DNA from: Eledone cirrhosa
Taxonomy: Eukaryota
Assembly: GCA_964016885.1 (NCBI GenBank)
Contig: OZ024753.1
Coordinates: 29,698,001-29,762,000 of the forward strand
Direction: 5' to 3'
Length of the DNA stretch: 64,000 nucleotides
Shown: in pieces, positions 52,119 through 64,000 of the stretch
How positions within the stretch are numbered: the stretch's first letter is position 1
Layout: each line of letters opens with the position of its first letter
The notes under the pieces: model-generated
Told to the model about the DNA's origin: nothing
Database searches by the model: none
The model's input: only the letters and a program-made list of their open reading frames with translations
Translations under genes and position numbers: made by a program

Positions 52119-52248
52119 TAGGAAAAGGTTCAGGACCCCGACGGCAGAGCTCAAGCCGTTTCGACGGCTATTTCTGGACTAGAAATAGTCCAGAAATAGC
52201 CGTCAAAACGGCTTGAGCTCTGCCGTCGGGGTCCTGAACCTTTTTCTA
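52119..52248. repeat. GC-rich ~60-bp hairpin with GAAA loop at the end of a dispersed repeat
   Basis: AAAAGGTTCAGGACCCC..CTGGACTA-GAAA-TAGTCCAG..GGGGTCCTGAACCTTTT; downstream flank shared with 32130-32210. Confidence 0.85.
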
Positions 52249-53134
52249 TTACCCACTCTACTACCCTAAGTATCGAGTACTCTGGTGCGTTATGGTCCAC
52301 CTGGTTCCTTTCCACACTTCCTTCATTATATATATATGTCCCATCCTTGTAAGCTAAGAAAAGCGAGCATAAAATGATGATTTTATATAAATATATATAT
52401 ATAATAATAAATATATATATATATATATATATATAAAGACTTCAAAATATCTTTTCTTTTGTCAAAAGAGGGGTAGAATGTTAGTTTCAGTTTTTTTAAC
52501 TGCCCCACTATTCTAGAGTGGACAGCCTCCTGACTTACTCACTAAGGTTTGTAGTTAATCAGTACATGTTACTATATTACCAGGCAGTGCCCTTCCATTC
52601 CATTTGTGCATGTTAGTTCTTGTTATTATTTATAATTTTTCAAAAAGCTGTCATTTTCTTCAATTTTTTTTTGTCATTTCTTTGTTAATTTTCATTCACC
52701 TGTATTGCTTTTTTCTTTTGGCATAAAACTGCTATAATTATTATTATTATTATTACTGTTATTGTTATTATTATTATTATTATTAATGTAGTGTTTCCCT
52801 CCCCCTGCAGCTATGCCCTACCCATTCCTTTTTTTCAAATTATAATTAACTTGCTTGCTGTTGTATTATTATTATTTTTGTCGTTTTTATTGATTTTCAA
52901 TATTGTCTCACTTTGTTGTTTTTTTCTGTTGTTTTTTTTTTGTTGTTTTTTTTTGCATGGTCCTTAATATTAGCACCATCACCACCACCACCACCATCAT
53001 CATCATCACTACCATCATTACTACTCTTTAAACCTGTTGACTCCTCGTGTCAATTTATTGTAAGTGAACCAAATGACCTCCATTAACTTCATCTTTACCT
53101 TTTTTTTTTTTACCCGCTTGTCTTTCTTCCTTAG

Positions 53135-53225
53135 TCTCAGACTAAGAAATCAGCCAGTTCTTCAAATAATAAGAAGGAACATCTAACGAAAGCTGAAAAG
53201 AAGGCAATGATGAATGAAGCTGAAG
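53135..53225 (+). CDS. LYRIC-like gene exon 3
   Basis: ccttag| [30 protein letters not shown](G) |gttgag; phase 0-1. Confidence 0.78.
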
Positions 53226-53328
53226 GTTGAGTAATTTATTCTCATTCTTTGTATTTGTTATTTGTTGTATTTTTAAAAATAATTTTAAGCTATTTCAAGA
53301 TTTAAATAGAATTCCTGCAAATGTTCAT

Positions 53329-53515
<187 letters not shown>

Positions 53516-53639
53516 TCTTTTACCTGTGTCCAACCATCCAGCTGAGGCCATGCTGGGACACCGCCCTTGTATATATATATATATATATATGTGTGTATAT
53601 ATATATATATATATGGAGGTACATATATATATATATATG

Positions 53640-53980
53640 TGGAGGTACATGGCTTAGTGGTTAGAGCATTGGCCTTGCAATCGAAAGGTTGTGAGTTCAA
53701 TTCTCAGACCGGGTGATGTGTTGTTTCCTTGAGCAAGACACTTTATTTCACATTGCTCCAGTTTACTCAGCTGTAGAAATGAGATGATAGGGACTAGGGT
53801 CCATATCATTTCACTGCAAAGTGGTCGTGGAGGTGCCACGGCAAAAAAGCACCCAGCACTCACTGTAAATGAGGTTGGTGTTAGGAAGGGCATCCAGCTG
53901 TAGAAATCAAGCCAGAATCAGTTCCCGTCCCACCCTTGTAAGCAGGGAAAAAGCGGGCGTAAAATGAAATGATGATGATG
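53640..53980 (+). mobile_element. Young SINE (family B head + RTE-type tail)
   Basis: Near-identical to 26185-26518 (-) and 34737-35056. Confidence 0.85.
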
Positions 53981-53990
53981 AATGATGATA

Positions 53991-54023
<33 letters not shown>

Positions 54024-54064
54024 GTGTATATATATATATATATATGTGTGTGTATATATATATA

Positions 54065-54140
<76 letters not shown>

Positions 54141-57005
54141 ATATATATATATAGGTGAATTGGCAGAGTCATTAGAACATTGGATAAGAATGCTTTATGG
54201 TATTCGTTCTGGCTCTCTGCTCTCTCAGTTCAAATCCCGCCGAGGTCAACTTTGCCTTTCATCCTTTCGAGGTCGATAAAAAAAGTACCAGTCTAGTACT
54301 GGGGTCAATTCTTCCTCTATATATCTTTCTCATTTCCTTTCTCTCTCACTTTCTATCTTTCTCTGGAAGAAATCTGCTGTACTCTGCCAGGTTTCAAATA
54401 CCCAAGAAACACTGTATGTCAATATGGCACTCCTATGACTCTATCAGGAGTTACAGGACCCATACATACATATATATATATAATCAGAAGAAGCATTGCT
54501 AGGTCCAATGGAATGGTTATCAGAGACATTTAAAGAAGCTGGTCTCTGGGTACTTTCTATTTTCATACAATAAAATCTTAACTCACCACAGCAAACTAAC
54601 AAAACACTTATTAATTATACATTGTATCTATCCCTTACAGAAGTCTGCTGTGTTTTCCTCTTACTCTTCCTTTTACATCTCATAAAATTCAATGAACTAG
54701 GAAAGTATTTGTTTGTCATGGACACATAGCAACTTTGATTATAGGATGTTCTTTAACCCTTTAGTATTTACTATTACATTTTCATGGTAAAGGCTTTAAT
54801 TCACATAATTATCTTACATAATATTGAATCTATGAGATTTTGATATTATTCATTATGAGAACAATACCTTACAGCCAGTTTTAATAGAAAGAAATGAGAG
54901 TATTCTGGTCAGATATGGTTGGTTTAAATGCTAAAAGATTAACCTGAGCTAACCTTGGGTTAAACAACAGTTATTGCTTTAACTAGTCTGTGTTCATTCG
55001 CGTGACAGGCATAGAAAGAGGTACAAAAGGTTTGAGTCACTGGATACATTCATTTCTATTCATAAACCAATGATTCAAACTTTTTGACTTCAATGGCCAA
55101 TATACCTGACCTCCTTAACTGCTTTATTATGACTTAGCTTCCTACTACTTACTGTACAGTTAGTAGACAGTTTCAAGATCAAGTATAGCTAAAATATTCC
55201 TTATAGATAGAAGAGAAAAAATAAGCAATGTTTCGATGTAATAATTCTCTTGTGAGAAAGTGTTCACTTGTCATTACTGAACCACTCTGGTTATAAGATT
55301 AAGATGTTGACCATCATATCACACCATACCATCAATCTACTAAAAACAGCAACCAAATCCTCCTCAAGCCATATCATACTCTCTTTAACCCTTTAGTATT
55401 TACATTACTATTGTATTTTCATTGTAAAGACTTTATCTAACATAATTATCTCATATAATATTGAATCTATGAGATTTGGATATTATGTATTTTGAGAACA
55501 ATATCTTAACTTCGGTATGAGTGGCCAGTTATGGATGGTGAGAGAATTCTGGCTGGATATGGCCAGTTTAAATGCTAAAGGGTTATTTCTCAACATCCTG
55601 TGCCACATAAGACAGCATTAGAAAAACATTCTTGTAAAAAAAAAAAAAAAACACTATAACTTCATCACATTAATAATTAAAGTTCTTACTTTACTTTGCT
55701 GCAAATTTTCACTGGTACAGATATTATTAACGTTTGAATGAACAGACCTGTTTTTCTGTGAAATAATTACGGGTTATTATGAGTTGGATATCCTGTTTTA
55801 CTTTGTATGTCACATAATATCGAATTTATGAGATTTTTATATTATTTATTTTGAGAAGAATACCTTCATGTTGGTATGAGTGGCCAGTTATGGATGGTTT
55901 TAACAGAAAGAGGTGAGAGAAATCTGGCCAGATACAATTAGTTTAAATGCTAAAGGGTTGAAATATAAGAACATATTGGATAATATAGTCCTTGAGAAAC
56001 TATGTATTTTTAAAAAATGAGATGGTTACAGTCGACCTGAGGTTAAACAACAACATTAACCTGTGTCATTCAGTTTATCTAGCTGTAAATCAATATCACT
56101 CACGTTTTGTTGTAAAATAATAGCAGGAAGGACAATCAGCTGTAAAACAAAAAATATAACAAATAAATGATTTGTCAACATGCTCAGGTGTTCAAATAAA
56201 TCAAATCATCTTACTAGTGTTGGTGCCACAATAAATTACACCCAGTACACTCTGTAAAGTGGTTGGCAATTGAACAGAGTCAATGCAGGGTCAAGATGAC
56301 CCTTTAGTCTTGCTGAGGGCACAAACAACCTCTCTAGTGTTGGTACCACAATAAAATATACTTTACAATAGCCAGATGTAATTCTCAGGGAAATTCAGCA
56401 TAACACAGTGAATGACAAGGCTGGCTCTTTGATTTACAGGTACAGCTGATCTGACAGGCTTCCATGCACTCAAATTTACTCAGCAAATAAGTGGAAACAA
56501 TGTGTGATCAAAAAGACCTCTTCATTCTGCTGTGAACATAGCAACCTCTCTAAAACTGACTTTAAGGTATTGTTCTCAAAATAAATATCAAAATCTCGTA
56601 GATTTGATATTATGTGAGATAAGTATGTAAGATAAAGCCTTTTCTGTGAAAAATATAATAGTAAATATAGAGTAATGTGAATGCTAGACAGTTAAGCAAC
56701 GACCATCCCGTGTTTTCCTATGTGCAGGGAACTCGGGACTACATTATTCAATGTACCTATTTTCTAAGACAGTAGGATGTGATTTCAGAAAGATTTTTAA
56801 CAGATTGAATAACAACATTGAAGCTCCTCATTGAATTATCATATTGTGCTGATAGTCATTAGAAGAAATTATATGTTAAGTATGGTTTACATGCAGAAGA
56901 AAAACAGCTTGTTTTATTAGGGTTTAGAATAAGTAAATTACAGTGAAAACTATTTCAAGTCCATCTTGATTATATTTTATTAATATCGTTTTATATTTCT
57001 GACAG

Positions 57006-57943
57006 GCTGGACAACACAACGTTCTCGCAAAGAAAAAAAGAATAAAGGGAAAAATGAAATACCAGCTGAAGAGATTGTAGTACCTCAGCATGCAGAAAAA
57101 ACTAGCAAAAAGAAGGAATCACCAACGTCTAAACAAGCATCGAAGAATGCTCAAGCAGCTGATCAGATTGCTAAAAAGGAAAAAGTAACTGCTTCGGCTG
57201 TACAAGGAACAAACAAGGAAAAAAGTCCAGGGTCTTCTAAAAAAGAGAAAGCTACTGAGCAACCAAGTAAGAAGGATAAAAATGTTGAACAAGCAGGTAA
57301 AAAGGGCTCTGAACAGACTAGCAAGAAGGATAAAGGTTCTGAAAACAAGAGTTCTGAACAGGCTGGCAAAAAGGCTACTAAAGAAAAAAGTCCTCAACCT
57401 GCTAAAAAAGAAAAAGGTACTGAGCAATCTAACAAGGAGAAAAGTCCTCAGCCCACTAAAAAAGAAAAGAATGCTGCACAAGCAAGCAAAAAAGAAAAGG
57501 AAGCTGAGCAGACTGCAAAAAAGGGAGCTGAGCAGACTGGAAAAAAGGGAGCTGAACAGACTGGAAAAAAGGGAGCTGAACAATCAGGCAAGAAGGGAGC
57601 TGAACAGACTGGTAAGAAAGGAGCTGAGCAGACTGGTAAAAAGGGAGCCGAGCAAACTGGAAAAAAGGGAGCCGAGCAAACTGGTAAAAAGGGAGCTGAA
57701 CAATCAGGCAAGAAAGGAGCTGAACAGACTGGTAAAAAGGGAGCTGAGCAGACTGGTGAAAAGGGAGCTGAACAGTCCAGCAAAAAGGGATCTGAGCAAA
57801 CTGGCAAGAAGGAAAAAAGTCCTCAGCCCACAAAGAAGCAATCTGATAAAAAACAGACAGGTTCTGAACAACCTGGCAAGAAGGAGAACCTAGCCCCATC
57901 TGCAGAAACAGCTTCAAAAAAAAAGTCAAAGAAGAAAAACGAG
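57006..57943 (+). CDS. LYRIC-like gene exon 4 (contains the octapeptide repeat)
   Basis: gacag| (G)WTTQRSRKEKKNKGK..; 938 nt, open when read manually; |gtaaga; phase 1-0. EGWTTQRSRKEK resembles LYRIC EGAWETKISHREKR. Confidence 0.85.
57500..57811 (+). repeat. Coding 24-bp tandem repeat, 13 copies (GAEQ[T/S]GKK)
   Basis: Mostly third-position variation in the exon frame; period 24. Confidence 0.92.
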
Positions 57944-59346
57944 GTAAGACTCCCATTTAGTGTAATATTGTTGTTATGAGGGTCAGCTGAAAAGTTCATA
58001 GGTTGACCAAGATAGTCTCATCGAATTGACTAAATGGAATAACCCATGCAAGTGTGGAAAATAGACATTAAACAATGATGATGACCTGGGTATTAGATTT
58101 ATATATGTCTATTCTCTATTGGCTATTACCACTATATCCCTTTCAAGTCAGAAACAAAATTGCCCCCCTGGTTTTCAGTTATCTTTCCTATAATCCTGAT
58201 CACTATTTTGAGTCCTTTATTGGATTCCTTGGCCCAGAAAACATAGGACTAGCATATTTAAGTTTCTACGTTGACTGGAAGCCAAGATAATTCAAAATAA
58301 GTATTTTCTGGTGAATATTTTGAAAATTCAAAATGGCCACTATACCACTGTAGATTTCCAGATTCTCCATGCTGTAAGAATTCAAAAATTGTACAAATTT
58401 GCTAATCTTCAACAATTTTTAATGAAATTATATTTGTTAGCATAATGAATCAGAATAATTAGATTGTTTCTGTTCTTCATCTAGATACTTGATTTGTTAT
58501 CATATATATAATTAACTTTACCAGTGAAGCTAGCCTCTCACAAATAAGTATAATTAGCCTTAGAAAATATATGGTATTTTGAAGTAATATTTGATTAGAC
58601 AAGACATTATTTCTCTATTAGCAACAGTCCTAATGTTGTATTTTGTAATGTCAGGCTAACCTTTGAAATAGCAAAACTTGGAACAGTTAAATATCCAATC
58701 TAAGTTCCACTTCCTTTCTTGTCAATAGTCTGTAATCAACATCTATTTGACTTATATTCAGAATCCTTTAAGTTTCTTATAAATGGTTAGAATTTTTTTT
58801 TCTAAAGGGTTTTTAAACCCTCTTTGTTTACATCATCATCATCAGTAGTGGTGTTTTGTTTTTTATGTTGTTAATTATTCAAAGAAAAGTTACATTTATT
58901 CATTAGATTCTTCAGTGCTGTAGATGAGATTACTCGTCCTAACATGTTTGAAATCGTTTCCAACAGTTCATAACTTCAAAGTTATGAAACCGTTTCCAGT
59001 AGTTCATAATTTCAAAGCCAGATGGTGTTACTAGTTTATTGATGTGACGTTTGTCAGTCATTCAGATATGTGTTGTTAATAAATGTTTGTTTAAAAAAAT
59101 AGTCATTTTACTGAGAAAAAAAAACTGACACAGCAACTGTAGCTGTGTATATTTTACACAGCAGTCAACAGGTTAAGTTTCTTATAAATAGTTAGATTTT
59201 TTTTTCTAAAGGGTTTTTAAACCCTCTTTGTTTACAACATCATCATCATCATCATCAATAGTGGTGTTTTCGTTTTGAAGTTAATTATTTTTAAAAAAGT
59301 GTATATTTAGTCACAAAAAAAAAATTAGTTTTTTTTTCCATCCTAG

Positions 59347-59490
59347 GAATCTAAAGCTGCTAACAAGGAGCCAGAAACTAAATTTGTTCAGGCTAAGAAT
59401 AATTCTAACTTTGAAGAAATCTCTCCAGTTCAAGCATCTAAAAAATCTCCAGCCAGATATAAGACCCCTCTGGGAGAAATAGTTGAACAG
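59347..59490 (+). CDS. LYRIC-like gene exon 5
   Basis: cctag| ESKAANKEPETKF..TPLGEIVEQ |gtaaga; phase 0-0. Confidence 0.82.
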
Positions 59491-61200
59491 GTAAGAAGAA
59501 TTAAATCTTCTGCTTTTTATATGTTTCACATTGTGACATCTTCCCTTCCTCTAAATTTACACCTTCTAGATACAAAACCTACCCAACAGACAAAATATCC
59601 TTCACCAACACTCTACATCAACTTTCCCCATCACCTTCATTTCTTTTACCATATCTATGGTGATCTCTAGTTGTCTGAACTTGCAGTTTATGATACCACA
59701 TCCATTTTGAACCCACTAGTTTTCCTCCTCCCATTTACCTTCACTGTGTCTCACTCTATATACTGCATATTCAACACTTAAGTAAACCTTGCTCTCCAAA
59801 AGTGGATTCTTCATGAACTAAATTCATGAATAAAAAGGCAAACAAAATTATGAAACTATACTTTGGTGTTAGGAAGGACATCCAGCTGTAGAAACGAAGT
59901 CAAAATCAGTTCTGTATGAGTAAGACATAGTAACCTATCCTGGCATTACTCACAACAGGATAACCCATCTAACCCATTCTAGTGTGGGAAAATGGACGTT
60001 AAACAGTGATGATGATGTCACCATGGTTGAACATGAACAATAAACAGTTAATACTGTAACAGCATGATGTTGTTTACTTTGTATAATACACTGCAAGGCT
60101 AGGAAACGTGTGTATCTATATAGTTGTTTATTAATATTATCAATAATTTATACATTCTACTTCAGAATAGTTCTGACATTGCAGTAATTTTCAGAGCAAA
60201 TATGAATCAAGAGGACAGAAAAGCAATTTAGAAAAAAATATATCATATATATATATTGTTTGTAAAGATTGAAAAAGACAAAAATAGATTTAACAATAGA
60301 TATTAAATAGACATGTGATGTGAATGGAAGAATTAAGTGCAGTGGACTAGAAATTAATGGCTGTTAAGATGACATTGATATATGATCAAATGAAATTATT
60401 CGTTTTAACATGATCAGTAAAATATCAGCTATGCTTCACTTGAAGAAAAGGAATTTACAATCAGTCTTAATTCATTATTATATTTTAATAGCACTTGCTA
60501 GTAGTGAAGGTGCATGGCTTAGTAGTTAGGGAGATGGATTTGCAATTGTAAGGTTGCGAGTTCAATTGTCGTACTGAGTGATGCATTGTAGCCTTGAGCA
60601 AGACACTTTATTTCATGTTGCTCCTTTTGCCAGGAGTTGCAGATAGTATCAGCAATGGAAAGACCAATAGAAACATTGTTTCCAATTTGACGATTATATT
60701 TTTCTCCTCCTTCTACCTTTACTTTTTATCTTTCTCATCCATACATCATTCAATGGGGGAGGGGTCTCTGTAATCAGAGCAACATTTTTCTGAATTAATT
60801 ATATTAATTAGGTTACCTTAAGGCAGTGGATTAGCAGTAATCAGTAGAGCATCAGCCAACGAACCTTTATGCTCTGGATTCAAATCCCACTGAGGTTAAC
60901 TTTACAGAGTCGATAAAATAAAGTACCAGTAATGCACTGGGATCGATTTAATCAATTTTCCCCCTCTCCCAAAATTGTTGGCTTTGTGCCTAGAGCAGAA
61001 ACCATTAATTAGGCCACCTTTATGAGGAAACTATACTTATTGTCATAGACTTCAAAAATAATTTCATATTCATTTTTGCCTTTTAGTTGACCTGATTCAT
61101 GCTATAAATATAGAAAGAAAAATTTGCTTTTGCTTTTCTGTTTTCAATCAAGAATTTTAAGAATAGAACTAACTTTTTTATTTATTTATTTATTTTACAG

Positions 61201-61521
61201 GATTTTGTTCTTATATCTTATCCTGAAGGGGAAAATGCCTGTAATCAAGAAGCTAGCCCTGGCAAAAAAAAGCGAAGCAAAAAACCTGCTCAACCTAACC
61301 AACAACAGGTTGAGAAAGGTTCACCAAAGCCTGAGAAAACGGCTACAAAGCCAAACCAACAACAAGAAAATAACAAAAATTCACAATCTAAAAAAAAAAA
61401 TAATAAAAATACTGCAGATGCAGAGGAAAAAATGATGATAAAATTGGAAAACGATGACACATCAAATAAAGATGTAAAAAGTCCAAAAAAGAAGAAAAAT
61501 AAGCAAAATTCACCAGAAAAG
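61201..61521 (+). CDS. LYRIC-like gene exon 6
   Basis: ttacag| DFVLISYPEGENACNQEASPGKKKRSKK..KKKKNKQNSPEK |gtaaac; phase 0-0. Confidence 0.82.
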
Positions 61522-63252
61522 GTAAACCATTAGTGACTGCATCCTTTCTCACTGTACATATAATAAGACTGTCTTGGTTTGACTGTCATTATGCGTGGAT
61601 CGCTGTCATGAAAGACTAGAGGCAGTCGCTACAATATTGTTTTAGAAATCTTTTAACAATATAAGAATTTTAAGCAAACAAAAACGAAAAAACAGAAACC
61701 CCTTCCAACTTTCCTCCCTCCTACATAGACCAACATATCCTGCAATATTTCAGTTCTCATTGTATTTCCCTTCTTTTTTTTTATGTTGTTAATGTTGTTG
61801 TTGATGTTGTTATACTCCCGTGTCCATTCGTCAGGACAGCACAAAATAAAAAAAAAAATAAAAATAAAAAAAAACCTTAGCTCAGATCTATGGAAAATAC
61901 TTTGTCATTCAAAGATTTTGTCAATTTTCCTGACAAGCAAAAGATAATACAATTATATTTGAAATATATATATGTATCATATATATATATTTTTTTAACT
62001 GCTTTGAAATTTCAGTGATGTATTTATAATATCAAAAACCTTTTTGAAAGTTTACATTGGTTCAATTAGTTTTTAAGTAACCCTCTTCTTTTTTTCTCTA
62101 CCTAGAGTCAATATTTATTGTAAATACATATGTCCAAGAGGCATTCTAACAAGTAAACATTTACAAACAATGTCTATTTATTTGACATTCTACGTACAGC
62201 CTGTCTATTTATTTAATGTATACAATCTGTCTATCTAATAAATGTTTTACAGGTTGTGCCTATTTAATTGACATTCAGAGGCTGTGTGCCTAACCCAATC
62301 AGTTTCTACAAGCTGTGCCTAACTAGTTAATGTTTACAGACTTATCATAATTAGTAAATGTCAGCTGGCTGTGTTCATCTAATTAGTGTGTATCAACTGT
62401 GCCCTACTAGTTGGCACTGATGTGATATTATTAAGTAGTCAATGTTGACGGACATTACCTAGATACGATTTTTTTTTCCTAAAAACATAAGACTTTGTTG
62501 CATGACACAGACGTTAGCAAAACCCAAAAGAAATAGAAATCAAAAAAAAAAATTGTTGTGTTTGTAGAATAACCATTTAGCTTTCCATATTTTTTGTGCA
62601 ATTAAAACATTTTTTAACAAATTACATGATTTTTTTTTTTTTTTATTCTGTGTATTTTTTGGATATTTGTTTTTCATCACACATGCTTACCTATTCAAAG
62701 AGGAACAATGAAGCAAAAGTCTTGATTAACACCAAGATCAAATGTTGTCTTTGAGAAATAGGCTAAATAATGTATTGTAGTATTACGTTGCTTTCTGTAT
62801 GATAAAAACAAATTTGTACCAAAATTTTATACATAAACTATAAAAAATATACTCTTAATTAGAAAAAGAGTAAAAACCAACTCGTTTCAAACTAACTTCT
62901 CTATCATAAGTCTATGTAATTTTGTTCAAATATTTTCAACAGTTTAATCGCAGACAAATATATAATAATAAACAACATTATTTAGCATCTTTTAGAAACA
63001 GATGTTAATAGGGTAATAAAACTAAATCTACCAACAAAATTAAAATTATCAAACAAGAGACGCCTAATAGAGAGTAACAGAAAGTTTAGGTAGAGCAAGG
63101 ATTTTATTTTCTTATAATTTTTTTTTGTTTATTTTCTCTTTTTTTTTTCCTTTTTTTTTTTTAGTTTTGTAAAATCTTTAGGGTATCACTTCATAGCCAT
63201 TACCCTTAAATAGATAGAAAACTTATTCTTGATAATGTTATCTTTGTTGTAG

Positions 63253-63367
63253 GTGATAGAAGACAATAATAAACTAGCTGATAAAAGTAAAAAGGCGTTG
63301 GATACTAAGCCCGTACAAGCCCATTCAAAGGAATCTATTCTTGCCTCTAAAACCGAGCTCAATGCCA
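63253..63367 (+). CDS. LYRIC-like gene exon 7 (gene continues beyond window)
   Basis: ttgtag| VIEDNNKLADKSKKALDTKPVQAHSKESILASKTELNA |gtaagt; phase 0-1. Confidence 0.78.
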
Positions 63368-64000
63368 GTAAGTTCTTGCTTACCATTTTCTCTTTGTGTT
63401 GCAATGGATGTTGCAATATCCGACTTTTTATTTAACTACCATAACTACCAGTCTTCATTTCTCCATAAGAGGGCTCACTCATACTTGTCTTATTCTCCGT
63501 CAATAACATTGATCGAAACTATCTTTTCATATATATATATATATTTATATATATTTCTCCTGGCAATGTTTCTTACCTAAGACATCTTAAAATTTTATTC
63601 AGGTTTTTCTGCTCATGATTTTTTTTTGATTTTTTTTTTAAATTTATTTTGTAAGAATTTTATTTTTATCAGAAATGTTTATTATTATTATTATTATAAT
63701 TGTATTTATATTTTATTTATTAAATTTTTAATTTAGCGTTTAGAAGAAATCTTAAAATCATTCATAGTTTAAAAAACAAAGAGAAAAGGGAAAGGATAAA
63801 AGCTATAATTATACCAGGTTTTAAATTCTATTCAAATTCTATATTATTTCTTCAATTAGTAATACCCCAACTTTTAGTCCATCACTGTGTATGTGTGGGT
63901 CATACATTTACCCTTTCTAGCAGAGAAATAAATAATAATGAAAGAAAACAAACGAGGCAAAATTTCTATAAGAAATGAAATGAAATAATTTTGAAACATT

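Noticed and set aside
57282-57893. 203-aa KRELSRLV-repeat ORF and antisense repeat ORFs
   Set aside because: Shadow frames of the 24-bp coding repeat; splice phases and third-position variation support the GAEQTGKK frame.

Overview
AT-rich, repeat-dense animal genomic DNA with spliceosomal introns; the SINE/LINE families look octopod-cephalopod-like (inference from recall, not a database search). It holds three protein-coding genes. (1) The first coding exon of a secreted, probably PEBP4-like protein on the - strand (3504-3710), with an RFX X-box upstream. (2) A complete 5-exon TACO1/YebC gene on + (9087-16416, 307 aa). (3) The first 7 exons of a single-pass, Lys-rich metadherin/LYRIC-like gene on + (from 29914, running off the window), carrying 13 GAEQTGKK repeats. 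The rest is mobile-element debris: Tx1/L1, CRE-like, RTE and CR1/L2 LINE fragments, two tRNA-derived SINE families, piggyBac/hAT/mariner/pogo MITEs, a non-coding LTR element with a tRNA-Trp primer site, and tandem repeats. Most notable: a family of fold-back, Penelope-like elements carrying type I hammerhead ribozyme motifs (5 copies, both strands), many long local palindromes, and a 2.1-kb satellite whose unit looks like a SINE segment altered mainly by C>T/G>A changes.
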